Source of the DNA: Schmidtea polychroa
Taxonomy: Eukaryota
Reading direction: 5' to 3'
DNA: 64,000 nucleotides
NCBI GenBank assembly: GCA_044892525.1
Contig: CM097887.1
Location: 93,846,397 to 93,910,396 of the forward strand
Part shown: positions 47,901-55,900 of the stretch, piece after piece
Layout of the letters: each line of letters starts with the position of its first letter
Numbering within the stretch: the first letter of the stretch is position 1
Notes under the pieces: model-generated
The model's database searches: none
What the model was told of the DNA's origin: nothing
The model's input: the letters and a program-made list of their open reading frames with translations, nothing else
Translations under genes and position numbers: made by a program

Positions 47901-49656
47901 CACTGGTTATCTCGTTTCCGCTTTCTTCCTCTTTGATTTCCCCTTTTGAGGGTTCGCTTATTTCATTCGGCTGTAGTATTTCTCCACCCAAACTACTTAC
48001 ATAATCTTCTTCTTCGTCTGACGATGCTACATCTTTTGTCCTTTTCATCATATTGATTTGCAAGTTTCTCATCCTTGGTACTCTCTTTAGTTTCTTTCTT
48101 TCGAATATTGTTGTTTCTTCTGATTCTGATTCTTGTAGCATTTGGTGATTTAGTTGACTGGTTTGTTCCCCGCTCTTGTTATTTTCATCTTCTGTCTCGG
48201 TTTTCGCTTTATTATGTTCTTTTTCGATTTTATCCTTTATCTTTTTCCAGAATATTTTCTGAATTCTCTGGTTTCCTTTTGAAATCGTGGTTGAATTCTC
48301 TGTTTTCATTTCCGTTGTTATTTCCTTTACTTTTTCTGGTTCAGTCATGGGTACTACCCTTGGGCTTTTCCCGTAATTGTAGCAATACTGGCTCTTCATG
48401 TCTTTTACTAACTTCATCATATTTATTCGCAATGGTTGTTCTTGTCGTTGTTGGTTGCGTTCTTGTTTTATCCTCTCTTCCTCGGCCTGTAGCCTTTGCC
48501 ATTCTTGTACATGTTGATGCACTTCATAATTGTTGAGATTTTCGGTACTCCTCATCATACGTATATTCTGGGTTTGTTGTGGTGCTGATTCTTGTCTTGG
48601 TCTCATCATTTGTTGCATCATCTGTTTCATCTGCGAAATTTCCTGCATAACGTTCATTTGTTTTCCTTCGTTAGGGTTACTTTGTCGTTGCGGATTCGCT
48701 ATATAATTATTATTTCGCTGTGGTGGTCGTTGTTGTTGGCCCCTTTCTCGGCAATCTCTGGAGATGTGACCTGGCTGACCACAGTTAAAACAACCTCGCA
48801 ATTGGCATACATTTTCGGTATGTCCACGCCGTCCGCAACGATTACAATTTGAATTTCTATAACAATCTCTGTCCCAGTGTCCTGGTTTACCGCATGTTCG
48901 GCACTGCTTGTTATCGTTCATATTTCGCCGATTATTGAAATTGTTCTCATTATTCGGGTTGTTACGATTACCATTATTCCCGTTTGATCGTCCTTGTGGT
49001 GGTTTGAAAATTTGGTGCGCTCCTGGTATAAATTGATTCATTTTCGGTTCTTGATTGTTGTTATCTCCGTTATCCGCTTTCGCTATTGCTGTCGCTATCC
49101 TTCCCTCCTCTTGCATAATATTCATTTGAGCTGGAAGGTGGAGCTCGCATCTTGTAGCCCAATCTATGGCTTCCTCTAATGTTTTGCACATTTGACAACC
49201 TACTGAGGCTCTTACTTCTTCTCGGCGTAATCCCTCTATGAAATAACCGATCAGATTTTCTTCGGGTAATTTTCCATTCATTGCTTTCTTCGCTAATCTC
49301 CGCAATTCACTGGCATATAATGTTATCGATTCGTTTGCTCTTTGTTTCCTATTTGCTAGTTCGCCCAACGCCTGGTTGATTGGCTTACTGGCTCCGAAGG
49401 TTTTCTTCAGGAATGTTTTAATATCTTCCCACTTTTCTAATTTCGTGTCTCTCTCTTTAGCTTCTAAATATACCTCTAATGCACTATCGCACAAAAACAA
49501 CGGCATCCTTTTACTAATTGCTTCGGGTGTCCATCCACACACAGTGATATAAACTTCAAAATTAGTTATGAACGTTGCTAGCTTGTTTGCATTTCCGTTG
49601 AACGGTTCTCCTCTGAACTTCTCTTTATACTCGTCGGTTTTTACGACATTCGTCAT
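37255..49656 (-). CDS. 4133-aa Gag-accessory-Env-Pol-ankyrin polyprotein
   Basis: Single stop-free ORF containing all canonical retrotransposon domains plus inserted domains. Confidence 0.96.
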   Translation of the reverse strand: MTNVVKTDEYKEKFRGEPFNGNANKLATFITNFEVYITVCGWTPEAISKRMPLFLCDSALEVYLEAKERDTKLEKWEDIKTFLKKTFGASKPINQALGELANRKQRANESITLYASELRRLAKKAMNGKLPEENLIGYFIEGLRREEVRASVGCQMCKTLEEAIDWATRCELHLPAQMNIMQEEGRIATAIAKADNGDNNNQEPKMNQFIPGAHQIFKPPQGRSNGNNGNRNNPNNENNFNNRRNMNDNKQCRTCGKPGHWDRDCYRNSNCNRCGRRGHTENVCQLRGCFNCGQPGHISRDCRERGQQQRPPQRNNNYIANPQRQSNPNEGKQMNVMQEISQMKQMMQQMMRPRQESAPQQTQNIRMMRSTENLNNYEVHQHVQEWQRLQAEEERIKQERNQQRQEQPLRINMMKLVKDMKSQYCYNYGKSPRVVPMTEPEKVKEITTEMKTENSTTISKGNQRIQKIFWKKIKDKIEKEHNKAKTETEDENNKSGEQTSQLNHQMLQESESEETTIFERKKLKRVPRMRNLQINMMKRTKDVASSDEEEDYVSSLGGEILQPNEISEPSKGEIKEEESGNEITSESEDEDIEIKLRKAREEAIKQVAEILPVVVRNQEFIDVIPFRRFVQKVMKLERNEKDLIPNEEKPIIKNYMEKMKQADTTRYVIKIGTSRGLERMWIKNTVTDELFDWIREHLGSSRKKEYLYQYQGEQIKPDMHLVDALIWPGETQILKLHKEKQPANLYDWAKDAKAEYDFNIKLKLEQIKQCTLRRNLDKLIKQIQEQVEDNWDLLITRRAPAMYELMSRLRDTEMLRMSDWRTINLIHKYGRLKETQPQRLEITIWLPNEEKRRIKMSNQSTVDDLVSKINLEITEKVRSESSDGMVDDVVMMYDKIILRAEDDTSLSEMGMWDNHQIIRIVPMDEFRTRDVTYQKEIRDRMKTLYQKSTEIIEIHQQWLKEKELQGKITKLNTRSCRRTPWERVWNAENKEWEIRKGIFVETDIGETESESEEEEEEPPEYEEEAREQTSDDESETDVTSESENEARHIHAMRKKEREYADMDGEEATEAREREEKERYKQLGDILAMGAKNQKRQVVALANIILKTSENIHNLRGMAKAIEEYRQYNEWYPEQLEQIIRKWRNQEWAQDTQERYHIRIKYPDKSIEELEVHPTTKIRELKKKLAYETPFHLQLFGKSLDDNADVGITPMRLEETNVLTMAETLGKPLKRKSKIIKPTKGSLSTPSPNKAPSKSNETEEVEEIILEDSDDEPGERSPLLVRWPTGAEMWTNNQPSTSYQQPTKLNIKEIIDNTTETETDEQFQKQREPTKVTPESQTDKIIDEWNEWLRNNDSSLPRTDNEKNPNYENTREAGTMMEKRAKGRPKKQGEKSEFKTKEQLKQEQGQVRLEKLDKIVWDLKEAQPTIERGEKWIRELLKDMLIITNPQLRRLWQRKVASTEARQLWHTISGIIPKLIKEKTKTTKTDWDETKRVIEQLTTNANDDEHHLVVITYLMYNLMGLAARKIPNKQFANHVEMTVSIIENTIEPHIIRAGGWKRLIQAPRKNEQERSMQVRLKKLLNELEWELPMKDPASRKASINSLMMTMMIWMLCTSGATGFTIYDCDNMIMRDKYSLRDIEECRQASPNKLDIVRTKVTYHVYQESDFIRTQARECVVSKKVLAYYCGQYSYSTLILPGLDKEIVSIQREDCKELFRTGALKMHNGVTIHGQTGMIKTESVYVSGKVKSSDGSCNGGTYTIRGEVISGVVVIESYTVELKEYEAQFDANNYQMKTNPACRATENVCRTGVSTIIYEANTQKCRLQLLKSALFNEVKGEIYENENDEDGNDRVRMRNGKPMPPSPREKRLSTQKTPTALITDDPDLGMRFIKEKETTKCDSIVYKTNYAGIYMSRQIIDRAVGKIATEDVKLYLYANNKMDFLFHRGQTTLQKVYYDLIQNDCSLNKEILKTKLAIAITHPDNTMPSLPLPDGHFGRMVGEVMYTYQCTKTYARMPEKSILPEKRCANELEIRYKGQNRFVQPVTRIMNPVGFYPNLFNCSNAYGPLYERPDGKWMMLPGKTISEEPKKFGLIELATELDFKPIDVSNGGMYSPEDLETARLNVLFPARRESILSNMVTITGGTNYQSGPNYELLLSPDHFQQATSNMMKAMWGRFLVFGQMMAGILGIILIIQIVRVILTQMLACFDIYKREKKVNWKMIVGFLPFLAKTMVLHGHSKDIHRIKRLIKILTKIKGTDEEVGRRFRKVMYDEATRRQLKKNKPKFLDRFRSQSSNSDSDDDDNGNDKCLYPNRNPNEKPMETAPYWEKEKTNTWIANGSYIPPDIVGPQAALTMTQNMYPQLPSQPGMHYMPTRRTKSVDQADDVRTIAAMSLPGGPAVTVMIQINGQETNAMIDTGANVSAIAINQIPSKHWKDIESTTIHIIACSKETVDVVGRWWTTLRYQDNEIETYLAVIPKLSVPCIIGTDLMPELLKEVVIDLTTMCLKDKTGRICKVNAVIRCPEKIIVPAKSQMICQIKVDTGMEGEVIFEPSKSFEKRRELPLAREIITINQEGVIPLNITNFEEEDKIIYENEKLGRLTPMMDIELPKVTNEMIKDDELWTIDSMLLTNDEKKKLHRLLVEYKDIFAISDLDLGTCDVTLHAIPLIDETPIALRPYKLAEMQKEIAEAEVQKMLDAKVIEPSCSPWQFPVVMVKKKDGTQRFCIDYRKLNVVTKRDTYPLPDINEMLLMLQGAAYFTSLDLKSGYWQIKVKDEDKEKTAFTLGRDLYQFRKMPFGLTNAPASFQRCMNFVTHGIKQCMVYIDDLLIYSATFEQHLEDIRNVFIRLRQWKLKLKPSKCDWAKEKVTFLGHIVSAKGKEPDPRNIEKIKTCPAPKTVTQVQEFLGLCGYYRKFIKNYAGIAKPIQELVKKDISFIWEKEQQQAFETLRDKLIEAPILVHPDFKKPFLLATDASGYAAGAILGQLDDEGKERVIGYYSRTFKKHEKNYSVTEREALAIIQAIKHFRYLLWGHEICITTDHQPLVWLGQHKEASSRLMRWAMQLQEYSPFIKFKAGRANANADCMSRFIFPDLVDSEMQRICLIVAEDLDFCQLRKDQQEDAELKQIIDYVKTGKTEVYAKDQKLKEHMDKHRHRYIIEKDWLLIMDGEKRLMCIPENRRKELLTQYHDGRLGGHMSSKKTLARMKQKYFWPTLTEDVTEWVKNCLTCATRKNTGSKWKAPLTPMPVPIEPMTMISMDVVGPLPESDKGNVYILVITDFLTKFPEAFAMPDQKAKTIAKILVEEICCRYGTPKQILTDQGTNFMSEIMSEVTNYFKIAKLRTSPYHPQTNGMTERFNGTLIQMLSNYVDRHQRDWDEYINLCLMAYRMSIHASTKMSPFKLMYGRECNMPMDLEYQPPISQYMEIDDYVTKFKERMQEIWETAGLNIKFYQESYKDLHDRKKNVKQHTFQTGDWVMIETPELIPGTTKKLQRNGKGPYEILFVGETNVRVKLVNNPFTRPIYVNVARCKSIPKTATSQPEGRTLTTRSQTYRMNMMQQLAEPITGRLGIQPSEAEKIVKEVKIKIPGWAKDRLDFEILGGLLTMIENYANRERTHPLLRVVKSQWPILFTITDHYGDTPLHKLMKVGNNEQILETIEAFHDCKRSTEQTNNQGYTPLMIAANRGKTKDIITALLDTGSKITTQDHERKNALHHAIRGRSTEAFTSLMELLSYEDNREVGNMYDGLLTAIKEKLTTITGILITWRNPIRNDYMINVNEAFTRGENTLMREAMKGHHLFEIPNQLLERGIKFTNHKDEQLTKKRIDTFEKSLFQFTNQVRNKYWETVSVLYMMDTMNNIRENYLDIIQILTAEERINNPNGKKTKIRYEKSRESKSTTNQTVINNVIETKSMSIDQEAIIRKAKEVFFEEMLELSDEIILSKIIKAVHTYARDQTTGLDIGKIKTFLPRAFTMVTKDSRTPLQQAILAAKENRAITIVRILGDMGEETNTKNEQGETAMMYAAITKIHPKTLHILHQSGSKLDERSNEGNSTLDWATIQPNLEMIRFICKNATKEEVENMCKNTSQFQWNTVRKNLEAMKLLLTWRVPQNNKYAINVNEFYENGENAMVKNTQLRGGRLKLF
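39040..40370 (-). other. Integrase (HHCC, DDE, GPY/F)
   Basis: YHDGRLGGH...CLTC; SMDVVGP; LTDQGTNF; TERFNG; GPYEI. Confidence 0.95.
40400..41720 (-). other. Reverse transcriptase and RNase H
   Basis: LDLKSGYWQ, YIDDLLIYS, LATDASG, ELEA-like EREALA, TDHQPL, ADCMSR. Confidence 0.96.
42130..42480 (-). other. Retropepsin aspartic protease (followed by a dUTPase-like spacer to ~41875)
   Basis: AMIDTGANVSAI and IIGTDLM. Confidence 0.93.
42960..44853 (-). other. Envelope-like glycoprotein, chuvirus/class III fusion type, with internal signal peptide and TM
   Basis: Signal MMTMMIWMLCTSGATG, then FTIYDC, YYCGQYSYS, REDCKELFRTG, DGSCNGGTY; furin site REKR at 44062-44073; WGRFLVFGQMMAGILGIILII TM. 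Confidence 0.82.
44975..45440 (-). other. Bcl-2-like domain
   Basis: ENTIEPHIIRAGGW matches BH2 (Bcl-xL NDHLEPWIQENGGW); helix spacing from KRVIEQL to GGW is within one residue of Bcl-xL; BH1 NWGR not conserved. Confidence 0.7.
45998..47660 (-). other. Three ubiquitin-like domains (~47445-47660, ~46890-47143, ~45998-46198)
   Basis: LEVHPTTKIRELKKKL...LQLFGKSLDD; STVDDLVSKI...DDTSLSEMGM; YLYQYQGEQIKPD. Confidence 0.65.
48750..49656 (-). other. Gag: capsid plus three CCHC zinc knuckles
   Basis: Retrotransposon capsid-like N-terminus; CRTCGKPGHWDRDC, CNRCGRRGHTENVC, CFNCGQPGHISRDC. Confidence 0.95.
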
Positions 49657-50967
49657 GATTGGTGTTCTAGGTTCGTCTGTTTCTTTTAAATTGTCTAACG
49701 ATGTGACTAAACTTTGGGCTGATAATTCTTCGGTTGACGTTGCTAAACTATTAGTGATATCGGACAGACTTTCTCTACTTCGAGATCGACTAGGGGTATA
49801 TCCGAGATTTTCTTGGTCAAATATGGGTACTTGATTGGTTCTTCTGGATCCTTGTGATATTCCTCTTTGATGTTTAATGGATCGTCCTCTTTTGAGTTGT
49901 TGTAATTCGTCTCCTGAAAATAATACGTCTCCTGGCTTACTTGAAGATCTAAGATTGGGTTTATCCGTGATTCCTTTCTTACGCTTCTTGGTAATTAGCG
50001 GCTATTGAATTGGACGCGTTCGGTTCTGATTGTGTTTCCTTCGATAAATATTCTGTATGAATCTGCTACTGAGATCCTGAGGAGATTTACTAATCCTTGG
50101 CAGATGGCTGCTAATACTTCTTCCGTTCTGGAGTCTTCCGGTTGCTGTGTCTCTCGGTGCGGGTTCTGAATGGATTTATCCTTGGTTGATTGTCGATTTC
50201 TTCGAATTCCTTTTGTGCAGGTTCTGGATTGTCTTGGTTGGCTGGATTGGCTTGATATCTAAAATGAAAAAATGATCTCGTGTTGCATTTGCTTACACGA
50301 CTTCATCATTCTTTCTACAACATTCAAAAACAGACACCTTTTAGGTTTCTGTTTGTGCTTCCCCTATCTTTTGTGAAATCCTTTCTGCGGGTTATAATAT
50401 CCCATCAGCCCGTATTTTCCGTCGATTTTAAATTATCTATATGGGGTAGTAACAATTATCTATAAAGTCGTAATAATTATCTATTCGTTATCAATTATAG
50501 TAAAAATAGGTCGTTGTCGGTCTCTGCTTATTACCCCCCTTTCATTTTCCTAATCCTTTTGCGCTGTTGTCGCTATTTTACTTTTCATATTCACTATTAT
50601 TACGCTCGGTTCTACTCTGGAACCAATAAAATGCATTTTCCCGGTTTAACCAACAAAAAAAATATTCCGTAGAGTTTCTCTACTTCACTGGGATCCCTTT
50701 AATTAGTTAGTTACTTTCCTCTTTACTCATTATCATCGTTTCATCTATTCTTTATTTTCTATTATCTCTTTAATTCGTTTCCTTCTTCCCTTTCCTTTTT
50801 CATTATAATCCTATTTTCTTTTCCACGAGCTCGTTTATTTCCTCTCTAAACTCGAATTTTCAAAATTACATTCAATTTGTTCTAGCTAGCTTTAATATTC
50901 CATATCACTAGTAATTTAAATATTATCTCATTGTAGCTTAACTGCTATCTCTCGTTTTTCTAGGCCT

Positions 50968-51520
50968 TTACGACTGGCTGGCACTATTCAACAGCTCAAT
51001 CTTCTTCCTTCTGATCGGTTAGACTATTCAACAACTCGATCTTACGACTGGCTGGCATTATTCAACAGCTCAATCTTCCTCCTTCCTGATCGGTTGGACT
51101 TTTCACAACTCGACCTTACGACTGGCTGGCACTATTCAACAGCTCAATCTTCTTCCTTCTGATCGGTTGGACTTTTCACAACTCGACCTTACGACTGGCT
51201 GGCACTATTCAACAGCTCAGTCTTCCTCCTTCCTGATCGGTTGGACTTTTCACAACTCGACCTTACGACTGGCTGGCACTATTCAACAGCTCAATCTTCT
51301 TCCTTCTGATCGGTTGGACTATTCAACAACTCGATCTTACGACTGGCTGGCACTATTCAACAGCTCAATCTTCCTCCTTCCTGATCGGTTGGACTTTTCA
51401 CAACTCGACCTTACGACTGGCTGGCACTATTCAACAGCTCAATCTTCTTCCTTCTGATCGGTTGGACTTTTCACAACTCGACCTTACGACTGGCTGGCAC
51501 TATTCAACAGCTCAATCTTC
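50968..51520. repeat. Tandem array, 8 copies of a 73-74 bp unit in the element leader
   Basis: Unit starts at 50968, 51042, 51116, 51189, 51263, 51337, 51411, 51484; internal ctattcaaca sub-repeat. Confidence 0.95.
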
Positions 51521-52095
51521 AATATTCCTCGCTCTGCATGCTTCTATTTCTCTTTTCTTCTTTTACTCTAGTTTACCATTTTCTCTGTCTACTTTTAATT
51601 TGTCGACTTAATCTTTACCGCTTGGGAGTGTTTCCCCTTTCCCCCCTTGCTCAAAACGCACGACGATCGCGATGATCCATTTCTACCTTGGCATGGTGAT
51701 CAGTCATGTCGCAAAAACTTCTCATCATATGCGATGGTACCCCGCCCTACGCTTCTTACTTGGGTTGATCAGTTATCCCCTCCCAACGGGTTCTTGCAAT
51801 AAGACGTACCGCCCGAAGGTGGCTCGGTTTGTACCCCTGCAGTCTATATTGGGACTAATTCCACGTTATTCAACCCTCTCTTCATTTGATTCCGAAGAAA
51901 AAGAATAAAACAAAACAAACACGCAAATATTCATTCGTCATGCAAATTTTATTAGTCCTAATCATCAAAACTTTTTAAAGACGAATTTATTTATCATAAA
52001 CATAAAGATTGAATCATTAACAGTACGTGTTACTTCAACAATTTCATGCATTCTTGTTCAAACATCGTATACTTGCTGTTACATCGCCGGCCGTT

Positions 52096-52581
52096 TCATT
52101 CGCCATAATAGACCATATGGGTCTCTTTTATTTCATATTTGCACATCGTGCATCTTTTTAGGTCTTTTACACACTCTTCACAGTGACTGAGGTGTCCACA
52201 CGGTAAGAATAATACGCGAATAGGACGGAGTTTGCAGGCTATACAAGTTCGTAATTGGTTAACTTTTTCCTGTATTTTTTGTTCGATTGCATCTGGTATT
52301 GTATTTAGTGAGTCTTTTAGACGCTGATAATCTAGATTTAATGTTGGGTGGTTCAATCTCTCTTGATACCACTGATATACGGTTTCGGGGTTTATTTTTC
52401 CATCTGGGCGACTTAGGCCTGTGGCTAATATCATATGATTAGGTACGACTGGTGTTTGTCCGATTGCTTGTAGTAATATCGCGTTGATTTTTTCTCTTTT
52501 ATGCGTCAGTGTTGTTAGGGAGTCGTTTTCTATATCGATAAACTTGAGCAGTTGTTGCATTTGGTTCGCGAATTCTGTCAT
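52096..52581 (-). CDS. Accessory ORF with IAP-type C-terminal RING, no BIR visible
   Basis: CIACKLRPIRVLFLPCGHLSHCEEC...CTMCKYEI; acceptor ttttccaacag 2 nt before the ATG. Confidence 0.82.
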   Translation of the reverse strand: MTEFANQMQQLLKFIDIENDSLTTLTHKREKINAILLQAIGQTPVVPNHMILATGLSRPDGKINPETVYQWYQERLNHPTLNLDYQRLKDSLNTIPDAIEQKIQEKVNQLRTCIACKLRPIRVLFLPCGHLSHCEECVKDLKRCTMCKYEIKETHMVYYGE

Positions 52582-52894
52582 AGCTGTTGGAAAAGTAATG
52601 TTTTAATAATATGTAGTAAATTAATAGTTAATTCGTTAATTGGTTTCTTTAACCATTGTTAATTATTTAATTTGACTACTTTATCTCCTTTATTTATATC
52701 CTTAATTTTTCTATTATCTACATTTTGATTTTCTCTACTTAGTTCCTAATATAATTTAATAATCAATAGTTAATTGGCATTCGTCAAGCAATGGTCGGTC
52801 GAAAACAGAAAATCGATGTGATAAATCCCTTTAATTTTTTATGAAAATCCCGGTGAATTTCGCATTCGTTAATAGAAATTTCGATCGATTGTAG

Positions 52895-52912
52895 ATCCCG
52901 GCTGAGCCCCCA
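52895..52912 (-). promoter_or_regulatory. Primer binding site, tRNA-Pro type
   Basis: Sense TGGGGGCTCAGCCGGGAT vs the MLV tRNA-Pro PBS TGGGGGCTCGTCCGGGAT (16/18); 7 nt from the 5' LTR. Confidence 0.85.
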
Positions 52913-52919
52913 ATAATCA

Positions 52920-55900
52920 TGTTGGGGTTACACCTCGGCTGACTACCCTACCAAATTGACGGGTCTAAGGGTTGATTGTCCATCTCGAATAAAAGGTGCC
53001 ATCGATTTGTCAACCTGGGGTGAAACCCCACATAACTTTCTTCCAACATAGTGCCCGTGAATCACTTCACGTTGGTACTGCACTATGCAGGCGAGACGCC
53101 AGCAAGCAGGTGAGCTTCTGCCTTAAAACTACTCCTTGCTGAGGCCTCGACTTCCCACTTACGACTGCCGTTAGAAGGGCTTACGTCCATTTCCTTACAC
53201 AACCACTTATCAGGATTCGCTGAATGCAAATTGGGAATTTCTCACTAGATCTTGCGGGTTCTCTACTCAACCCACTTAATTAAAATCTAATTATTCATGA
53301 ACGAAAACGTGTAAGACAACAAGATTTATTAATTTCAACGTTATGACACAAGGATTCAGCTGTACACTTTACTAATGTTTGTCGAAAGAAGAGAAAACAT
53401 CATAATCAACATAGATCGGATCCTTGTTCTTCATCCTGACCGCCACTGGGGTTCTATTGTTTCTCCCATTCAGCGTCGGCGAATAATTCGTCGAGGTTAA
53501 AAAACTCGGAAGCGTTCTCTTCCCACGTTACGCCAGCGGCTGATATGATTCGTGCTGAGGGTCCCGTTGTTAGGTCGATGGACACGTGAGAGTTACCACC
53601 GTTGGTTGAATCCTCTATTGATGGGATGTTTGGCTTTGTAGTGGCGCGTTCGCGCTGTCTCTTCTTGCGCTCTGCACGAGAGAGTTGTTTGCGCTTGGGT
53701 TTGCTTGAAGATGCCACTTGCAGAGGGGTGACTGATACAGATGGACTAGCAGTGGGGGGCTTACTGGTACCCGTGACGACAACATCTGGTCGCTTGGGGG
53801 ACAATTCGTTTTCGACGCAGTCTTGGCACGGTCTCTTGAACGGTGGAGATGGATTCGAGGAAAGGTTGTGATGAGGCGGAAAGATGTCATCGGCCTCTCG
53901 GATGGGAATCTGCACTATTTTTCGGGTTGTAGCCGCCTGCACGTAAACCTTATGCAGTGCCTCGGATTGTTCTCTGATTAGACTTCTTTGGGCACGGCTC
54001 TCAGATATTAGCGCGTCCCGGCAATGCTCGCTACGATCGAGCTTCTTTTGGATCTCCTTCATCCGAGCGGGACTAAACCATGTCCCTTCCAGCTCGTCGA
54101 TTTTTCGTTTATATCGACCGATCTGGGCTTGAAGATCTTTAATCACTGCATTTTTATCTGAGCAGGAGAAGCAGGGACGTAGAGCTGATTTGTTGTTTGG
54201 TAACATAATGGATGGCTAAAGAAGAAAACTATGGTGACTATATCTAAAAATTTCGGATCAGATATACGGTTTATCCGCTATTGGATACTTAGTGCTGGAA
54301 GAAAACAAGACGAGTCGACGAAACAGGATCCCTCCCTTCACCCTTGATTACTAATATTTTACGTATCCTTTACAGAAAATTATTCCCCAACGCCCTGATT
54401 GCTTCCCTGACGAATGCAAATTATTTGTAAAAATTTTAATTTTCGTCTATCGCGTTCGAGTTGGATTTCTATCTATCGCACATAAAGGCAATTTACGGAT
54501 TTATTCATGCCGGAGCGAATAAACCTATTTCATTACAAATACACTATACTACACTTCGTTTAAATTTCGCTGATTATTTGTTGTTATTCTAATGCAAAAT
54601 AAGGTTTTTGGACCAGATGCAACTAGTAAAAACTTGCACCCTTACCTCAAGTAGCGGAATAAGTAATAACTCGTAATTTCGTATAAACTATACGTCACTA
54701 TTTTATGATTACCCCTTATCCATACCATACGGTGATATCGTCGTAGAAATATAGCATCGTAAAAATATTGTAATTACATAATAATTTGTTATCGGATTTA
54801 GTTTTCTATTACAATACGTCATTTACAGGGAATATGAGAAATTTAACTACAATATTACTAGCTATTTTATAACCCAAAAATTCCTGTAGATGCTTTAGTT
54901 AATTTAAATTTGGCTCAAAGGCTACTACTATTATTTGTAACATCTAATTAGAATTACGATAAACCTCTACAACACTTAGGTGAAACTTCCTATGGTTTAG
55001 TTATAAAGTTTGGTTTGAATTTTCGGTTATTAATTAAAATACCCCTTCAACAATTTCGATTTTTATTTAGAATATTTAATTTAAGCAAAATTATCTTTAA
55101 TGAGTGCACTTTAGAGAGTCTCTTATCTTAGTAGTCGGTTACTGGTTATTTTGGCTTATCTTTTTAGTGGTACGAATGACCTTCATCAGTAGTGAAATTT
55201 AAGAGTCAGTCATCTGGAAGTCACATCTCATGTCAGCATTATCTAATATGACCACTGATTACTACTCACACACTAAGAATCCTAGAGAGGGTGACACATG
55301 GCGGCATTCCCTGCGGTGAGAGGCACTCGGAATGATTCTGCTGTTTCTCATGCATATTTCTGACCGGATGACGCTACTCATAGTTATGTTAGCAGTATGT
55401 CTGTATGTATGGGTGCCTGTTCGATGGAAATTTTATCGGTAACTATCAACCGTACTGAGCGAACTGCAAATGTTACATCGCGTGTCGATTCCCATCTGAG
55501 CTTATGATGTTGGATTTATTTACTACGACTCGTAATTTCCTCAATATTGGATGTTTTTGAACGATGGGAGATCTCTACGAACCAGCCAACTAGACTCTAT
55601 GAAGCATATTTCAGTAGTGGATATTTCGACGCAACAGCATGAAAATTATTCAATGGGTATTACCAGATTTTGTTAATATATGTGATTGAATACAGTATTA
55701 TTGTGGTTTTATGTTTTACTTTTCCTTTATTGTAAATTCCTCATCATATGCTAAGATTTGGATGTCGCATCTGAAAGAGATGACCTAAATTAGATTTACT
55801 TTTTCAAAAATCTACCGAATGCAATTTCAACTTCTCGATATGTTAGAAAAACCAGCGATGGATGTTTAATGGTATTTTCCCCCACATGGTAAGTTCGGAT

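Noticed and set aside
31459-49834. Many short plus-strand ORFs across the element
   Set aside because: Antisense shadows of A-rich minus-strand coding sequence (F/S/L-rich, no motifs)
49657-50258. N-terminal extension of Gag
   Set aside because: Frame is open ~115 codons upstream but has no ATG and is closed by TAG near 50003; treated as leader, although non-AUG initiation is not excluded
50968-51520. CRISPR-like regular array and ORF 51167-51457
   Set aside because: No unique spacers, no cas genes, eukaryotic context; the ORF is a repeat translation
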